64,000 nucleotides of DNA from the NCBI RefSeq assembly GCF_037042905.1, contig NC_087245.1:6512001-6576000 (forward strand), in the 5' to 3' direction. The translations under genes were made by a program, and so were the position numbers. The notes beneath the pieces were generated by a model. That model was given only the letters and a program-made list of their open reading frames with translations, ran no database searches and was not told the origin of the DNA. Positions 62,735 to 64,000 of the stretch are shown piece by piece (position 1 is the first letter of the stretch; every line of letters begins with the position of its first letter). The DNA comes from Lytechinus pictus (Eukaryota).

Positions 62735-64000
62735 GTAAGTATGTTATGAGTGTGAAGTCTTGCACAAATTTGGAGACCAAATTTGCGACTTACGGGTATA
62801 TCATGGTAACGCAATTTGACTTTCTAAAGGATAATGTTAAGCCGAAAAAAGCTAATTTTTATACTTTTTGTACAAAGTCTTTGGGAGATGAAATTCATAA
62901 AAGGTGATTATTTTTATTTCTATTTGGACTGCTTCATTAAATTAGGGTTCGATTTAAATGTGGAATGGGCTGCAAAAATTTCCAATGAAAACAAAAGATA
63001 AAAAAACAAAGAAATGCTAAAAAAAAAAAGGAAAGAAATGTATCAGGGAAAATTCGGTTTTTGCATTTCTTCTTTATTGAAAATTTGACATGAAATTACA
63101 TAGAGGACATCTAGGAAAAAAATAGAATATGAAGTTAAATTGGCTGTCTAATATCATATGTTTTTCACATTGAATGAATTTACATATTTTTTTTCTAATA
63201 AAAAAAAGATTATACATGTACTTGTTCATAGTTAATGTGGTAAGGAATATGCGTGCCAAATTTTGGCGCGATTCTGTGAAGGGCTGGCGGCCGTGATCAG
63301 AAGGGAGTTCATTATGGCCCCACCTTGTTCCTCAAAATCATCTTAAACAGCCCAGTCCTTTAACCCAATAGGACTGGGTTATTTGAGATGTATTGAGGAC
63401 TGGGGGGCCATGATGGCCCCCTCCCTTTCTGATCTCGGCCGCCGTTCGCGCAATCGCGCCGAAATTTGGCACGCACATTCTTTACCACATAAACTACAAG
63501 CTAGTATAAAAGAAATTTCTGGAAAAAAAATGTTTTAATTTTTATGAATAAAATATGCAAATTTATTCATGAAAACAATATTTGCATATTTAACACCCTA
63601 CATGTATTTCACTTCAAATTTTCTTCTTTTTTTACAGATGTCATCTTTGTAATTTAATTAAAAGTTTTCCACAAAGAAAATTTGCGAAAGCCAATTTTTT
63701 CCTCATGTATTTCTTTGGTTTTAGAATTTTTATGTATTTCTTGTAATTTTTCTTTTGTTTTTCAATTTTTTTTCATTGGAAATTATTACAGACCATTTAA
63801 CAACTAAATTAAACCTTGAATTAATTAAGCAGACCAATAATATAATCTCCCATAGGCTTTGTACACAGAGTACAAAAATGAGCCATTTTGAGCATGACAT
63901 TGCCTTGTAAAAAGTCATGTGATGCGCGATGGTACATTGTATACCTGTATGTCACAAATTTGGTCTCAAAAGTTGCGCGAGACTTCAAAGAAAAAAGTCA

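Larger units (their letters stand above)
55590..64000 (+). repeat. Second copy of an intragenic tandem segmental duplication (first copy about 38960-46775)
   Basis: Exon offsets of 17,232 and 17,225 nt; introns near-identical from about 57.7 kb to the window end. Confidence 0.95.

Overview
AT-rich, intron-containing animal genomic DNA, most likely an echinoderm such as a sea urchin (inferred from the hyalin/HYR repeats and the repeat landscape). The whole 64 kb lies inside one + strand gene, with no start or stop codon in the window. By hand I can join 48 GT-AG exons with compatible phases into about 10,036 coding nt (about 3,345 aa, no in-frame stop seen). Domain order: (partial SEA)-HYR x15-LDLa-serine protease (RIVGG, AAHC, DVAL, GDSG)-Frizzled CRD-CUB-LDLa-LDLa-CUB-LDLa*-SEA-CUB-LDLa*-CUB-LDLa*-CUB-LDLa*-CUB(no Cys)-LDLa-CUB-LDLa*-SEA-CUB-LDLa*-CUB..., where LDLa* is a 4-Cys variant. 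The protease domain is internal and its S1 pocket is not trypsin-like. The gene is growing by tandem duplication at two scales: 2-2.8 kb HYR units with chimeric exons, and a near-identical 17.2 kb unit. Introns hold a decayed Penelope-like element with inverted pLTRs and a hammerhead-like motif nested three deep, Helentron-associated (HINE-like) elements whose tandem units are rich in AGGTCA half-sites, tRNA-derived SINEs and TTAA MITEs. The 8-mer TACATGTA is strongly over-represented and looks like a Tc1/mariner excision footprint; one copy adds two codons to a HYR exon. All coordinates and counts are manual and no database searches were run.
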